Shown: positions 6,320 through 13,545 of the stretch, in pieces
Layout of the letters: every line of letters starts with the position of its first letter
How positions within the stretch are numbered: position 1 is the first letter of the stretch
From: a virus
Taxonomy: Duplodnaviria > Caudoviricetes
Virus record (IMG/VR): IMGVR_UViG_3300008459_000140
Span: 1 to 38,105 of that record
DNA length: 38,105 nt
Direction: 5' to 3' (one strand)
Notes under the pieces: model-generated
Databases searched by the model: none
The model's input: only the letters and a program-made list of their open reading frames with translations
Told to the model about the DNA's origin: nothing
Position numbers and translations under genes: made by a program

Positions 6320-8368
6320 CTATTTGTACTGCAAATTAATTAATTGTTGATGTAGTCTATCTGAGCTCATTTGTCTCAAAGCTCGAGCATTATCAACATT
6401 AACCTGATTTTTATAGACTTCTTTTATATCATAAAAAGGAGAGTCTTTGATAGTGAAAGAAAGATAAGATGCGTAACCTGTTGGAAGCGCTGTTAACTTT
6501 GTCAAGTCAACACCACCAGCTAACTCTGACACATCACCCTTGTTTTTTACTGTCTCATTATTATCAATTCTTTGTTCTTGCAAAGCTGTAATGCTATTCA
6601 CTTTGTTTTCAAAATGAGTCGTACTGTTTTGCTGAGGAATTAAAGGTACTTCCATTGATTGTGCAGTGTTTGTGTTTTCTTGCTTCGATTGTGGTCGTTG
6701 TTCCTGTACGGAAGCAGTTGTCATGCTTGCAACCTCACTTTTAAAACTATTAAATGCAGTATTGCTGCTTGTGACGTCTTGTTGGTAGCTCGATGATTGA
6801 ACACTTAAACCTAATCCCGATACACTTAATCTGATTCCCGTACCATCTAAATTTAAACCAATGCCATCAGATGGGTTGGCGTTCTCACTGAAAGACATCT
6901 TTGCGGATTCGCTTGCTACTGAACGAGCCAAAGCCTCAGTTGCAGCAACAGCGTTCCTTGCAATTGCCAAAGCATTTACAGGAGGACCAGATCTTCTATC
7001 TTGTTGTGACTCTTGTCTTTCAGCAAAGCCAGCTGGTGCTCCGGGTGGGGGTGGTAAAGATGGATTGGCCGCGTTAGGAGGACCACCGGGACCAGGTCCT
7101 GGACCAGAAGCCATTTCAGGAGGTGGAGGAGGTCTTGCAGCATCAGGAATACCATCAGAAGGTCTGATCTCTCCCGTTGCTGAAATCGTTGCACCACCCA
7201 AATCTAGTTTGACTTCAGCTTTTGCACTAGTAGTATCTTGAACAGGAGCACCTGGAGGGGGTGGGGGAGGTGAACCTGGTGGAGGTGCATCAGCCTTAGG
7301 AGCTTCGTTCCTAGACGCCTCAACAGATGCTAACTTTGTTTGAGTTTCTAATGCAAGCTTTTGAGCATATGCCGTCTGATATCCAGGACAAGACGTACTG
7401 TATAGTTGAGTAATATTACACTGCAGGGTCAAATAAGCTGAAGCATAACCAGGACAGCTGGTACTGTATAGTTGATTAGCAGTACACTGTTGATTAAAGT
7501 AAGCAGCGGCATATCCCGGACATGCTGTATCGTACAATGCTGAAATACCGCACTGCTGATTAAAGTAAGCTGTTTGATATCCCGGACAAGAAACATCATA
7601 CAATGCTGAAATGTTACATTGCTGTGTTAGGTATGCGGCCGCATATCCTGGGCACGAAGCGTCAGCAAGTGGGTCGGCAATACAAGGATCTTGGCCGGTT
7701 CCAAAAGTTCCCGTGAAACCAAAACTACTTCTATCAATAGTACTACCACGGAAATACTGATAGTACTCACCTTTGGTGAGATCACCTGTCATGCCAATGG
7801 TGACTGGATTGTTAGTTATCAGTGCCCGGTCAAATCTAAAATCAACGAGTCCAGTGTTGTCTATCTTTACTTCAAAGCTGCTTTGGTTACCACTACCATA
7901 TTGGTTAACACCATACCAGCCATATGTCATGCTGGTGTTTGTACCTAATGTATAGAAGTTGTTATTATTCTGCCCAATCAAGTCAGTCTGCAATGGTAGG
8001 AGAGAGTAGTTGAAGCTTGTATCTTTTGATGTAGTTAAGTCTATACCTGAGCAACAAAAACCCCCGTTTGCACTGCCATGTTTAAAACTAACAGCTCCGT
8101 TGGAATACATCCAAGAGTTGGTAAAGTTTTGACCAAAGTAAGGAAACGTAAACTGCAAAGGTACATTAACATTAGCATCATCACTAATGCTATGTCTAGT
8201 AGCAGCAGGGTTGTTTTTGATCTGCTGTAACTGGTATGCATCCGCACCAGTCATTACATTAACTGTAAACTGACCGTTGAGGATTGGTACGCTTACAATG
8301 TCTGCTTTAGAAGATGCGGTGTAAAAGGTAAGCGCCAATAGCACCCAAGCCAATATTCTTTGCAGCAT
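6320..8368 (-). CDS. exported protein: nidogen/NIDO-like beta domain, five Cys repeats, Pro-rich linker, C-terminal domain
   Basis: Signal peptide; VPLQFTFPYFGQNFT-SWMYSNGAVSF resembles NIDO-like domains; CPGY repeats; poly-Pro tracts. Confidence 0.75.
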   Translation of the reverse strand: MLQRILAWVLLALTFYTASSKADIVSVPILNGQFTVNVMTGADAYQLQQIKNNPAATRHSISDDANVNVPLQFTFPYFGQNFTNSWMYSNGAVSFKHGSANGGFCCSGIDLTTSKDTSFNYSLLPLQTDLIGQNNNNFYTLGTNTSMTYGWYGVNQYGSGNQSSFEVKIDNTGLVDFRFDRALITNNPVTIGMTGDLTKGEYYQYFRGSTIDRSSFGFTGTFGTGQDPCIADPLADASCPGYAAAYLTQQCNISALYDVSCPGYQTAYFNQQCGISALYDTACPGYAAAYFNQQCTANQLYSTSCPGYASAYLTLQCNITQLYSTSCPGYQTAYAQKLALETQTKLASVEASRNEAPKADAPPPGSPPPPPPGAPVQDTTSAKAEVKLDLGGATISATGEIRPSDGIPDAARPPPPPEMASGPGPGPGGPPNAANPSLPPPPGAPAGFAERQESQQDRRSGPPVNALAIARNAVAATEALARSVASESAKMSFSENANPSDGIGLNLDGTGIRLSVSGLGLSVQSSSYQQDVTSSNTAFNSFKSEVASMTTASVQEQRPQSKQENTNTAQSMEVPLIPQQNSTTHFENKVNSITALQEQRIDNNETVKNKGDVSELAGGVDLTKLTALPTGYASYLSFTIKDSPFYDIKEVYKNQVNVDNARALRQMSSDRLHQQLINLQYK
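7355..7684 (-). repeat. 5 x 66-bp (22-aa) tandem coding repeat
   Basis: C-x4-L-x4-CPGY-x2-AY-x3-Q, five copies (CIADPLADASCPGYAAAYLTQQ ... CNITQLYSTSCPGYQTAYAQKL). Confidence 0.9.
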
Positions 8369-9293
8369 TTTGTTTGTCCTTCTTGTGATCTTCTAATTCT
8401 GGAACTTTGCTTGGGCTTGCTTCCCAAGAAGCTTTGGCTTGTTCGCCAATCTTGCCATCAAATGGGCAAGGAGTTCCTGCAGATAACATTGCTTCAAAGA
8501 CGCGTCTATCTTGACACATCACTGCAACAGCGGCAACCTTCATACCCATATCATAAAGAGTTTTAGAGAGCTTCAATCTTTCACAATTCAAGTCTCGTGT
8601 TGTTCCACCACCAGATACACCAAAGATTTGAGTCTGTACTGCACCTGATACACCTGTAGTACACAGATCGCTGTTGCCACCAGACATCATAGTAGGTGCA
8701 ACTGCTGTAGGAGGTGGTTGAATAACCTTCTGAGTGATTTCAGACCTGTTGATGTTTGTGTTTAGGTTAGTAGAATCAATGAACTGTTTAGAATCCGAAA
8801 CTGATGTACTAATGTTTACATTCTTATTATCATTAACACTTGTACTGGTAGCTGTAGAATTGTTAATGTTTAGATTCTTATTGTCACTTACAGATGTTGA
8901 AGTGTTGACATTTACATTCTTATTGTCACTGACAGACTTAGAATCGTTAATGTTTAAATTTTTACTATCACTGACTGATGTTGAAATACTAACGTTGTTG
9001 TTATTATTATTGTTAGTCATCGTACCAAGCTGAATGTTGGTATTAGTAGATGTAGATACAGATGTGTTAACGTTATTGTTTGTATTAACAGATTTACTAT
9101 CAACAACTGTGTTATTAACGTTTAAGTTATTGTTGTTGTTAGTGTTATTGCTATTGACTGTACTAGTGCTAGTAGATGCACTGTTCGTATCGACCAAAGT
9201 CTTGGAGTCATACACGGTAGCGGTTTGTGAATTGGCCCCGCCCACTATTGTTGCTAAAAGAATCGTCAAGGATATTTTCCTGATGTTCATCAT
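8307..9293 (-). CDS. exported Asn/Ser/Thr-rich protein with 4-Cys C-terminal domain and hydrophobic tail
   Basis: Signal peptide; low-complexity N/S/T region; CTTGVSGAVQTQIFG...DLNCERLKLSK...MCQD...GTPCP; tail IGLGAIGAYLL. Confidence 0.85.
   Translation of the reverse strand: MMNIRKISLTILLATIVGGANSQTATVYDSKTLVDTNSASTSTSTVNSNNTNNNNNLNVNNTVVDSKSVNTNNNVNTSVSTSTNTNIQLGTMTNNNNNNNVSISTSVSDSKNLNINDSKSVSDNKNVNVNTSTSVSDNKNLNINNSTATSTSVNDNKNVNISTSVSDSKQFIDSTNLNTNINRSEITQKVIQPPPTAVAPTMMSGGNSDLCTTGVSGAVQTQIFGVSGGGTTRDLNCERLKLSKTLYDMGMKVAAVAVMCQDRRVFEAMLSAGTPCPFDGKIGEQAKASWEASPSKVPELEDHKKDKQNAAKNIGLGAIGAYLLHRIF
8770..9170 (-). repeat. degenerate coding repeats (STSVSDNKNLNIN-like) and Asn runs
   Basis: SVSDSKNLNIN, SVSDNKNVNVN, SVSDNKNLNIN, SVNDNKNVNIS; TTA/TTG triplet runs on the + strand. 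Confidence 0.8.
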
Positions 9294-9351
9294 CGCTTAC
9301 CTTTTGAGTTTAATGTTGTATTTCACCTTTCCATAACGTAGTTTGAGTAGA

Positions 9352-9359
9352 TATTTAGA
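9352..9359 (-). promoter_or_regulatory. T4-type late promoter candidate for the minus-strand cassette
   Basis: TCTAAATA on the minus strand, 58 nt upstream of ATG 9293. Confidence 0.5.
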
Positions 9360-9368
9360 TTTTAGCTG

Positions 9369-9397
9369 TTGCCTGGAAACAAATAAAGCTATATAAT
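9369..9397 (+). promoter_or_regulatory. sigma70-type early promoter
   Basis: TTGCCT (9369-9374), 17 nt, TATAAT (9392-9397); same gTTGMCT pattern as the promoters at 276 and 808. Confidence 0.85.
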
Positions 9398-9419
9398 CCG
9401 CTTTGTTATAAGGAATATT

Positions 9420-10022
9420 ATGAAGGTTTACATTGGCGGTTACCGCAATCATTGGATTAGCCCGTACACAATCCTTGAAAAAGTGTTCTTCTGGCGTGAG
9501 ATCGATTACAATGAACCAATCATTGATAAGTGGGCTGACCGTCTAAAGCCACTCTGTGAAGCTTGGCAAAAGTTCTTAGACTTTGTTCATCCAGAAATCA
9601 ATTATGTAAAGATTGATCGGTACGATACTTGGAGCATGGATTACACTCTAGCAAAGATTGTTCTTCCAATGCTAAAGCAGCTCAAAGAAACAAAGCATGG
9701 ATCACCCAACACTGATGATGAGGATGTTCCAGAGCACCTTCGTTCAATCAACTCTAAAAAAGAGAATGAATATGATACAGATGAGAACCACTTTGCTAGA
9801 TGGGATTGGGTTCTTGATGAGATGATCTGGGCTTTTGAACAGAATGTTGATCACAACAGCGATAATCAATTCTATGATCATTCAGCGGTTGATGAAAAAG
9901 CTGGTATCAGCGAACAGATTGGCAAAATTAAAATTGACATGGTTGGGCTGCACGCACATTCAGATCGCAAAGCAAACGGATTCCGCCTATTCGGAAAATA
10001 TTATCAAGGACTATGGGATTAA
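9420..10022 (+). CDS. hypothetical phage protein, 200 aa, Trp/Asp-rich
   Basis: SD AAGGA; motifs YDTWSMD-TLA, RWDWVLDEMIWAF, GFRLFGKYY-GLWD. Confidence 0.85.
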   Translation: MKVYIGGYRNHWISPYTILEKVFFWREIDYNEPIIDKWADRLKPLCEAWQKFLDFVHPEINYVKIDRYDTWSMDYTLAKIVLPMLKQLKETKHGSPNTDDEDVPEHLRSINSKKENEYDTDENHFARWDWVLDEMIWAFEQNVDHNSDNQFYDHSAVDEKAGISEQIGKIKIDMVGLHAHSDRKANGFRLFGKYYQGLWD

Positions 10023-10300
10023 TGACATCACAAATAGTAACAGACTTTCCAGAGATTCCATACAATCCTGTTAAGTCAGTAAAAGACTTCCAAGAAGAGA
10101 TTGACAAACTTGTCAAAGGAAAAGGAATGGAGTATATTGATGCTGTACTTCATTTCTGTGAGGTAACAGGACTTGAAATTGAGTCAGCAGCTTCTCTCAT
10201 CAAGTCTAGTGCTAAGATGAAAGCAAACATTCAAAACGAAGCTGAAGAATTAAATTATTTACCGAAAAGTGCAAAACTTCCTCTATCAGACAACGAGTGA
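10022..10300 (+). CDS. gp33: late transcription coactivator gp33
   Basis: YIDAVLHFCE...EAEELNYL motif; TAATG coupling; T4-like order gp33-gp59-gp32. Confidence 0.85.
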   Translation: MTSQIVTDFPEIPYNPVKSVKDFQEEIDKLVKGKGMEYIDAVLHFCEVTGLEIESAASLIKSSAKMKANIQNEAEELNYLPKSAKLPLSDNE

Positions 10301-10880
10301 CACGCAAGCGTTTGACGCTTACAAACTGTACATTGCCCTTAAAAACCATTTTACATCCAACACGTACGACTACTTTAAACACAATGGAAAAGTAAAAGCT
10401 TCCAAGAAAACGTTTGATAGTCGTAATGACAAATACTTCTTCTATAAGTTAGCTGAACGCAAAGATAAAGTTGAGTACATGGTTGCCAACTTTGTTTATG
10501 GCTCGAACAATTGGATTGGTGATCTTGTTAACAACGAACAAAGCGATAAGATGTATCGTGAATTCATCAAGTACCGGGACAGCTTCACTTACATGCTGTC
10601 TAGTGACTTGGATAAACTTGATCCTGTTTTTGATAATAACTTCACCACCGAAGAAGGTCAGCATCCTTTGCTGCTAAAACTATTCCTCCGTGGAACAATT
10701 CGTTTAGAGACCTTGGTTGTTCTTGATTCATTAATCAACTACACTAGGTCTTGGAACAAAAAGATTTCTGATCCTGTGGTCTGGCCTGAGGTCTACCGCA
10801 AAATCAAGAAATACAAACCGTTTGTTAACTTTGACCAACAGAAAGTTAAGAAGTTGGTCGTTGATAAGTTTGCGGTTTGA
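10269..10880 (+). CDS. gp59: helicase loader gp59
   Basis: AYKLYIALKNHF...YDYFK, RNDKYFF-KL, I-LETLVVLD, KYKPF; GTG start uncertain. Confidence 0.9.
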   Translation: MQNFLYQTTSDTQAFDAYKLYIALKNHFTSNTYDYFKHNGKVKASKKTFDSRNDKYFFYKLAERKDKVEYMVANFVYGSNNWIGDLVNNEQSDKMYREFIKYRDSFTYMLSSDLDKLDPVFDNNFTTEEGQHPLLLKLFLRGTIRLETLVVLDSLINYTRSWNKKISDPVVWPEVYRKIKKYKPFVNFDQQKVKKLVVDKFAV

Positions 10881-10960
10881 CGTTATAATAAATACCATAT
10901 TCGCTATGATACTGTGGATATACATTAATACTTTTTATACATTTAATACAAGGAAATACG
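10881..10960 (+). promoter_or_regulatory. gene 32 leader: late promoter candidate and possible autoregulatory operator
   Basis: AATAAATA 10887-10894; short stem CCATA/TGTGG; AT-rich tract with ATACATT(T)AATAC twice before SD AAGGA. Confidence 0.5.
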
Positions 10961-11860
10961 ATGGCTAATAGCTTTCAAGCTCTTAAGAAGAGCACACAAT
11001 CTTCATTCACAAAGCTCACAGACGAGCTTACAAAGCTGAGTGCAACTCCCCAAGGTAAACAAGAAGACGCACGGTTCTGGAAACCGACAGTAGATAAAGC
11101 TGGTAACGGTTTTGCTGTGATTCGTTTCTTGCCTGCACCTGAAGGTGAAGATGTACCGTTTGTTCGCATCTTTGATCACGCTTTCCAGGGTCCTGGTGGC
11201 TGGTACATTGAGAAGTCTTTGACATCGTTGGGTGAAAAGGATCCTGTTTCTGAATACAATATGGAGTTGTGGAACACAGGTCTGAAGTCTAACCAAGACA
11301 CAGTACGCAAACAAAAGCGTAAGCTCGGTTTCATTAGCAATGTTTACATTGTCAAAGATACTGCTAATCCTGAGAATGAAGGCAAAGTCTTCATGTACAA
11401 GTACGGCAAGAAGATCTTTGATAAGTTGAACGCAGCGATGAACCCTGAGTTCGAAGATGAGAATCCATTGAACCCATTTGATATGTGGGAAGGTGCTAAC
11501 TTCAAGTTGAAGATCCGTAAGGTCGAAGGCTACCAGAACTATGATAAGTCAGAGTTCGAAGAGGCTGGTCCTTTGTTGCAGGACGACGATCAATTGGAAA
11601 GCATTTGGAAGTCTGAGTATGCTTTGCAGCCGTTCCTTGCTCGTTCAGAGTTCAAGGACTACGATGTTTTGAAGGCTCGTCTTTACAAAGTGTTGGGCTT
11701 GGATGGTTCTACACCAAAGCCACTTGCTAAGACTGCTGAATTGGAAGAGGCTTTTGAAGCCGCTCCTAAAGCTAAGGCTGCTCCACGTCAGATGGCTGCC
11801 GATTTGGCAGAAGATGATGATGAGTCAATGAGCTTCTTTCAGAAGCTAGCTGAAGACTAA
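10961..11860 (+). CDS. gp32: single-stranded DNA-binding protein gp32
   Basis: D-RFWKP-VDKAGNG-AVIRFLPA, HAFQGPGGWYIE, KYGKKIFDK, NYDKSEF; acidic tail FFQKLAED. Confidence 0.96.
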   Translation: MANSFQALKKSTQSSFTKLTDELTKLSATPQGKQEDARFWKPTVDKAGNGFAVIRFLPAPEGEDVPFVRIFDHAFQGPGGWYIEKSLTSLGEKDPVSEYNMELWNTGLKSNQDTVRKQKRKLGFISNVYIVKDTANPENEGKVFMYKYGKKIFDKLNAAMNPEFEDENPLNPFDMWEGANFKLKIRKVEGYQNYDKSEFEEAGPLLQDDDQLESIWKSEYALQPFLARSEFKDYDVLKARLYKVLGLDGSTPKPLAKTAELEEAFEAAPKAKAAPRQMAADLAEDDDESMSFFQKLAED

Positions 11861-13545
11861 CCTACGTCTCTAGCGACAGTTGTGGAGCTCCCTTGTGGAG
11901 CTCCCACTTTTACTGCTGTCGAAGTTGAGTTATTGATATTATAAACAACCTGAGTTGATTGTTGTTTCTTGGCAGCGTTAACATCCGCACCAGCTTGTGC
12001 TGTTTGTGCACCAGTAGATGGAGATGATGCCATCCCCATTGCATTAGAAGCACCTTGCTTGATTAGAGAAACAATCGTAACAGCTCTGCTTTTAACTTGC
12101 TTGTACCAATTACTATCTTCAAGACTTGCGGCCGCACCGACAGTATTACCTTCTGATAGATTCTTTACAAAGTTAGGCCACTTCTTAAACCAAGTATTAC
12201 CCATGTTAAACGTAAGATCAATCAAAGCCCCTTGTGCTTTAGCATTCACCTTATCGAAACCTGGAATCTTCATTGCTGCCTTCTTGTGGCTCATGTAATC
12301 TTCGTAGAATAACTTATCTACTTCAGCCATAGAGAGCTCTCTATTCCATTCAGGTGGAAGAGTCTTTCCATCACCAATCAAGTGCCCAACACCAACAGTC
12401 CACAAACCAAGACTGTCTTTGTATGGTTTTGTTCTGACACCTTCGTGCTTCTTGATCATCTCCATAATCTCTTTGTCATCAGGACCAACGGAAGGAGTAG
12501 TTGTACCACCAGCAGTTGGCTTCTCGACAGGAGTAGCAACTTTTGTGGAAGGTGGAGTTTTATCTGTTGTTGTTGGGATGGCTTGAATCTCATCAGCACC
12601 TGTTTTGAGAGTTGCACCCGATTCTGTGGTTAATCCTGCGCTTGATGAGGAAGCAACGGAAGTTGTTGGTGCAGGCGCTGCTGAAGGAGTTGGTGATACT
12701 TCTTGTTTTGGAACTTGATCCTGCACATCCTCAGCTGTTTGGTTGGATGGCTCATCTCCACCAGCCACAGGTTTTGCATTCCTCTTTTTCAATTCTTCTC
12801 TAGTAGCTTGGCCCTCTTGTGCTCTGGTTTCTTTGCCAGCTTCAATATTACCTCTTGCCTTTTCAAGGTTCTTTTCAATTTGTTTTACTGAATCACCTTT
12901 AAGCCAGTCTGGTAACATTTTAAGTCCATCCTGAGCAACACCAATTAGTGACAATTTAATATTGTCGATTAAATTGGCTACCGGATCGCCAATCAGTATT
13001 TTAAAAATGTCTCTAAGGTTTTCAAATGTTTTAATAAGTTCTTTTTTTCCTTCGTTGAAAGCTTCAACGATGAAATCTTTGAACCCACTTTCTTCAAACC
13101 ACTCAACGATGCTATCACCCAATGAACCCAGCAAATTAGATATAATTTCAAAAGGATTGTTAAAAAACTTAATCATCCCTTCAATAATTTCTTGGCCAAA
13201 CATGAGTACTGAGCCAAGAGCCATTAAACCCAAACCACCAGAGGATTGACTGGATTTTTGTTTTCCTTTGGTGGGGGTGTTTACTGGTACTGCCTGGGTT
13301 TGTTCTTGATTTACCGCTACAGGTTCAGCTTGCTTTTCTTGTGATAAAATAGCAGCCTCCACTTCCCTCATGGAAGACACTCGAGCACCTAATTTACCAG
13401 CAATGTTATAGAAGTTGTCAGATATTTGAGTGAGGATGATGTGGTTTTGATTAAGTAAATCCAAAACAGTTTCATTAGATGAAACTGTATCCTCACTTGC
13501 TTTGTTTAATAGCTGAGCTAGCTTAGGTTTGTTTTCTTCTGCCAT
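11857..13545 (-). CDS. tape-measure/hub-like protein with GH24 phage lysozyme domain
   Basis: IKKHEGVRTKPYKDSLGLWTVGVGHL (E-x8-D-x5-T triad), DLTFNMG, SNWYKQV; helical N-terminal half. Confidence 0.82.
   Translation of the reverse strand: MAEENKPKLAQLLNKASEDTVSSNETVLDLLNQNHIILTQISDNFYNIAGKLGARVSSMREVEAAILSQEKQAEPVAVNQEQTQAVPVNTPTKGKQKSSQSSGGLGLMALGSVLMFGQEIIEGMIKFFNNPFEIISNLLGSLGDSIVEWFEESGFKDFIVEAFNEGKKELIKTFENLRDIFKILIGDPVANLIDNIKLSLIGVAQDGLKMLPDWLKGDSVKQIEKNLEKARGNIEAGKETRAQEGQATREELKKRNAKPVAGGDEPSNQTAEDVQDQVPKQEVSPTPSAAPAPTTSVASSSSAGLTTESGATLKTGADEIQAIPTTTDKTPPSTKVATPVEKPTAGGTTTPSVGPDDKEIMEMIKKHEGVRTKPYKDSLGLWTVGVGHLIGDGKTLPPEWNRELSMAEVDKLFYEDYMSHKKAAMKIPGFDKVNAKAQGALIDLTFNMGNTWFKKWPNFVKNLSEGNTVGAAASLEDSNWYKQVKSRAVTIVSLIKQGASNAMGMASSPSTGAQTAQAGADVNAAKKQQSTQVVYNINNSTSTAVKVGAPQGSSTTVARDVG
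11882..11911 (+). terminator. candidate terminator for gp32 inside the convergent gene
   Basis: GTGGAGCTCC-cttgt-GGAGCTCCCAC followed by TTTT. Confidence 0.5.

Noticed and set aside
8307-8368. Rz/Rz1 spanin pair
   Set aside because: The overlap is suggestive, but neither protein has a lipobox Cys and both are far larger than spanins.
7355-9170. CRISPR array or DGR template/variable repeats
   Set aside because: The repeats are in-frame coding repeats varying at synonymous sites, with no spacers, no A-specific pattern and no RT or cas gene.
10877-10910. sigma70 promoter TTGACG...TATGAT before gp32
   Set aside because: The spacer is 22 nt, too long for sigma70.
11857-13545. Standalone endolysin
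   Set aside because: The lysozyme is one domain of a 562-aa protein in the tail block, with no adjacent holin.
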